A stretch of 64,000 nucleotides of DNA from Acidimicrobiia bacterium (lineage in GTDB: Bacteria > Actinomycetota > Acidimicrobiia > Spongiisociales > ZC4RG35): assembly GCA_017577575.2 (NCBI GenBank), contig PKRG02000008.1, forward strand, positions 7,030 to 71,029, in the 5' to 3' direction. Made by a program: the position numbers and the translations under genes. Numbering within the stretch: position 1 is the stretch's first letter; each line of letters opens with the position of its first letter. This document shows positions 61,344-64,000 of the stretch, piece by piece. Under the pieces are notes generated by a model. It was not told the origin of the DNA, did not search any database, and saw only the letters and a list, made by a program, of their open reading frames with translations.

Positions 61344-63680
61344 GTGGACTCCTCAGCGCCGTTCCCGGGCCCTCCATCGTTGGGGCGCGGCCTCGTCGTC
61401 GGCCCCGACGATCCGGTTCCCCCGCCGGCGGCGTCGTGGCCCCGGCTGGTCATCGACGACTCCACCCTGGCCGATCCCGCCGATGCCCTGTCGCGGCTCG
61501 ACGTGTGGTGGCGGGAGCGCCGGCCCTCCGTGGTGGTGCTCGACGTCCCGTTCGCCGACCTCAAGCGGCCCGAGACCAGCGAGGAGCCGCCCTACCTGAT
61601 CGGCCCCGGCTTCGAGTTCCGTCGGGAGCGGCTCCACTACCTCACCTGGGTCAACCGCTACGACGGCCGCGGCGGGCAGATCCGCTGGCACCACACCGAC
61701 CGCGCCATCCGCCTCGGGGCGGCACCCGCCGGCGAGGAAGGCGACGTCACGGTGGACGGGGTCCCGGTGTGGGTCGACGGGGGACCACGCGGCCCGGTGG
61801 ACGTCACCGTCGTCCACGTGGAGTCGGTGTGGTCGGGGCGGCTGGAGCCGGACCGTCACGCCGCTCCGTCCGCCGACCTCGCCTCCGACCAGCTCGAGGC
61901 GGTGGCCCACCCAGCCGGCTCGGCCCGAATCATCGCCCCCGCCGGCTCGGGAAAGACCCGGGTCCTGACCGAGCGGCTCCGCCATCTGTTGGCCGACCGG
62001 CGCTGGAACGGGGACGTGGTGACCGCCCTCGCCTACAACCGGAGGGCGGCCGAGGAGATGAGCTCCCGGCTCGCCGACGTCCCCTCCGCTCACGTGCGCA
62101 CGCTCCACGCCTTCGGCTACGAGATCCTCGGCCGGGCGATGGGGCGGCGGCCGCGCCTCCTCGAGGAGCGGGAGGTGCGCCGGCTATTGGACCGGCTGGC
62201 GAACCTGCGACCCCGCGCCAACGAGGACGTCCACGCCCCCTGGTTGGAGGCACTGGCTGAAGTCAGGGTGGCGCTCCGGCCTCCCGAGGAGGTCGAGGCG
62301 GGCCGCGACGACGTCCCCGGCTTCGCCGCCGTCTTCGACGAATACCGGCGGGCGCTGCGGGCCCAGCGCGCCATCGACCACGACGAGCAGATCTACGGCG
62401 CCATCGAGGCACTGCTACGCCGCCCCGACGTGCGGTCCTGGGCGCAGGCGCGCTGCCGGCACCTCCTCGTCGACGAGTTCCAGGACCTCACCCCCGCCCA
62501 CCTGCTCTTCGCCCGCCTCCTCGCCGCCCCCGGATACGACGTGTTCGGGGTCGGCGACGACGACCAGGTGATCTACGGGTACGCCGGAGCCACCCCCGCC
62601 TACCTGATCGACTACGCCGACTACTTCCCCGGCGCCGCCCACCACCAGTTGCGGGTGAACTACCGGTGCCCGGCGCCGGTGGTGGATGCGGCCGCCAACC
62701 TCCTGTCACACAACCGCAAGCGGATCCCCAAGTCCGTCACCGCCGCCTCCAAGTCCACCTCGGGCCTCGAGGTGATCAGGGCCCCCGAGAGCGACATGGG
62801 ACGCCAGTTGGTGGCGGTCACCCGGGAGCTCATCGACTCCGACGGCCCCGATTCGGTCGCCATCCTCGCCCGGGTCAACGTGGGGCTCCTCGTGCCCCAG
62901 ATCACCTTCTCGGAGGCCGGCATCCCCGCCGAGACCGCCCTCGACGCGTCGCTCCTCGACCGCTCCGGGGTGCGCAGCGCCCTGGCGTGGCTGCGGCTCG
63001 CCGGGGCGGTGGCGCGCCAGGAGCCTCTGACAGGAGCCGATCTCGACGAGGCGACCCGCAGACCCGCCCGCGGGCTCTCACCGGGAGTGCGCGCCGCACT
63101 GGGTCGAGGGATGTGGACGTTCTCCCGGCTCGCCTCCTTCGCCGCCGGGTCCACCGACGACCGGTCCCGCGCCAAGCTCGACTCCCTCGTCGACGACCTC
63201 GCCAACCTCGCCCGCCTCGCCGAGACCGAGCCCGTCGCCACCCAACTGCTCTACGTCAGGGACAAGCTCGGCCTGGGCGAGGCACTGGAACGCCTCGACG
63301 GCTCCCGTGCCCGACCCACCGGCGGGCACACCGACGACCTCGACGCCCTCATCGTGCTCGCCCACACCCACCCGGAGGTGGACGCCTTCGAGCCGTGGCT
63401 CCGGTCGACCCTGGACGTCAGGCCGCCCGCCGGCCCCGCCGTGACACTGACGACGGTCCACCGGGCGAAGGGGGCGGAATGGCCCCACGTCGTGGTGTGG
63501 GACGCCTCCGTGGGGATGATGCCGCACCGGTTGGCCGACGACCTGGAGGAGGAGCGGAGGATCTTCCACGTGGCGATCACCCGCTGCTCCCGGTCGGTGA
63601 CGGTCCTGGCGAGGGCGAACCGGCCGTCGCCGCTCCTGGCCGAGCTCCTGTCGGCCGACGCTCAGCTCTCGACGGCCTGA
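61344..63680 (+). CDS. UvrD/PcrA-like SF1 DNA helicase with an N-terminal extension
   Basis: APAGSGKT, AYNRRAA, TLHAFG, LVDEFQD, VGDDDQVIYG, NYRC, TVHRAKGAEW, EEERRIFHVAITR. Confidence 0.92.
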   Translation: MDSSAPFPGPPSLGRGLVVGPDDPVPPPAASWPRLVIDDSTLADPADALSRLDVWWRERRPSVVVLDVPFADLKRPETSEEPPYLIGPGFEFRRERLHYLTWVNRYDGRGGQIRWHHTDRAIRLGAAPAGEEGDVTVDGVPVWVDGGPRGPVDVTVVHVESVWSGRLEPDRHAAPSADLASDQLEAVAHPAGSARIIAPAGSGKTRVLTERLRHLLADRRWNGDVVTALAYNRRAAEEMSSRLADVPSAHVRTLHAFGYEILGRAMGRRPRLLEEREVRRLLDRLANLRPRANEDVHAPWLEALAEVRVALRPPEEVEAGRDDVPGFAAVFDEYRRALRAQRAIDHDEQIYGAIEALLRRPDVRSWAQARCRHLLVDEFQDLTPAHLLFARLLAAPGYDVFGVGDDDQVIYGYAGATPAYLIDYADYFPGAAHHQLRVNYRCPAPVVDAAANLLSHNRKRIPKSVTAASKSTSGLEVIRAPESDMGRQLVAVTRELIDSDGPDSVAILARVNVGLLVPQITFSEAGIPAETALDASLLDRSGVRSALAWLRLAGAVARQEPLTGADLDEATRRPARGLSPGVRAALGRGMWTFSRLASFAAGSTDDRSRAKLDSLVDDLANLARLAETEPVATQLLYVRDKLGLGEALERLDGSRARPTGGHTDDLDALIVLAHTHPEVDAFEPWLRSTLDVRPPAGPAVTLTTVHRAKGAEWPHVVVWDASVGMMPHRLADDLEEERRIFHVAITRCSRSVTVLARANRPSPLLAELLSADAQLSTA

Positions 63681-64000
63681 CGCACCTCGTCGGGGACGAC
63701 GGCGGCGGCGGGCATGCGGAGGGGCGTGATCGAGATGGCGCCGTCGTGAGCGGCGTCGATGTCGGTGCCGTCCACCGCGTCGAAGTGGTTGATCTTGCCG
63801 CCGTACATGTGCCGGTAGGTGCCGTCTTCCTGGCGGGTGAACAGCCGGTCGTAGCCCGAGCGGGCGATGGTGGTGATCCGCCGCTCGGTCTCGAAGGTCG
63901 ATTCGTACGGCATGTTGATCGACACCACGTCGGCGTGGTCGTGGAGCCCGGCCTCGTCGATCAGCCGGAGCAGCATCACCGTCACCTCGGCCAGGCGCTC
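63662..64000 (-). CDS. 3' part of a second SurE-like nucleotidase (truncated by window end)
   Basis: VVSINMP and GTDIDAAHDGAISITPL match the SurE C-terminal pattern. Confidence 0.75.
   Translation of the reverse strand, partial: ERLAEVTVMLLRLIDEAGLHDHADVVSINMPYESTFETERRITTIARSGYDRLFTRQEDGTYRHMYGGKINHFDAVDGTDIDAAHDGAISITPLRMPAAAVVPDEVRQAVES

Overview
High-GC, very compact actinobacterial chromosome segment. Gene content and order suggest class Acidimicrobiia (inference). It is mostly core and metabolic genes: ECF sigma plus a putative anti-sigma, dapE/dapD/dapC, ligA, trxA, mnmA/iscS, Pat-type acetyltransferase, aceK, tRNA-Leu(TAA), the conserved rplY-pth-...-mfd-prsA-mazG-eno-ftsB-DUF501-ppx block, pgl/pfkB/surE, an ABC1 kinase, two AlkA-like glycosylases, a DUF222-HNH gene, deoC plus a split aldehyde dehydrogenase, metG, sodN/sodX, korAB, kbl-tdh, paaABCDE-paaR and a UvrD-like helicase. 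I saw no CRISPR array, prophage or IS transposase. Most notable observations: (1) a 1155-aa protein combining a degenerate STAND-type ATPase, TPR-like helices, a transmembrane helix and a PQQ-type beta-propeller, located between iscS and mnmA; (2) PafBC/RecA-NDp-like promoters, including a mirror-image divergent pair shared by an AlkA-like gene and the HNH gene; (3) a MerR-HTH/GAF-like regulator next to a stand-alone GAF gene carrying a rare TTA codon; (4) aceK next to a Pat acetyltransferase; (5) a Ni-SOD with Tyr at the usual Ni-hook Pro; (6) three probable non-canonical start codons. All assignments come from reading the sequence and motifs by eye; no database search was run. Many starts were moved from the ORF track using RBS/-10 spacing and expected family N-termini.
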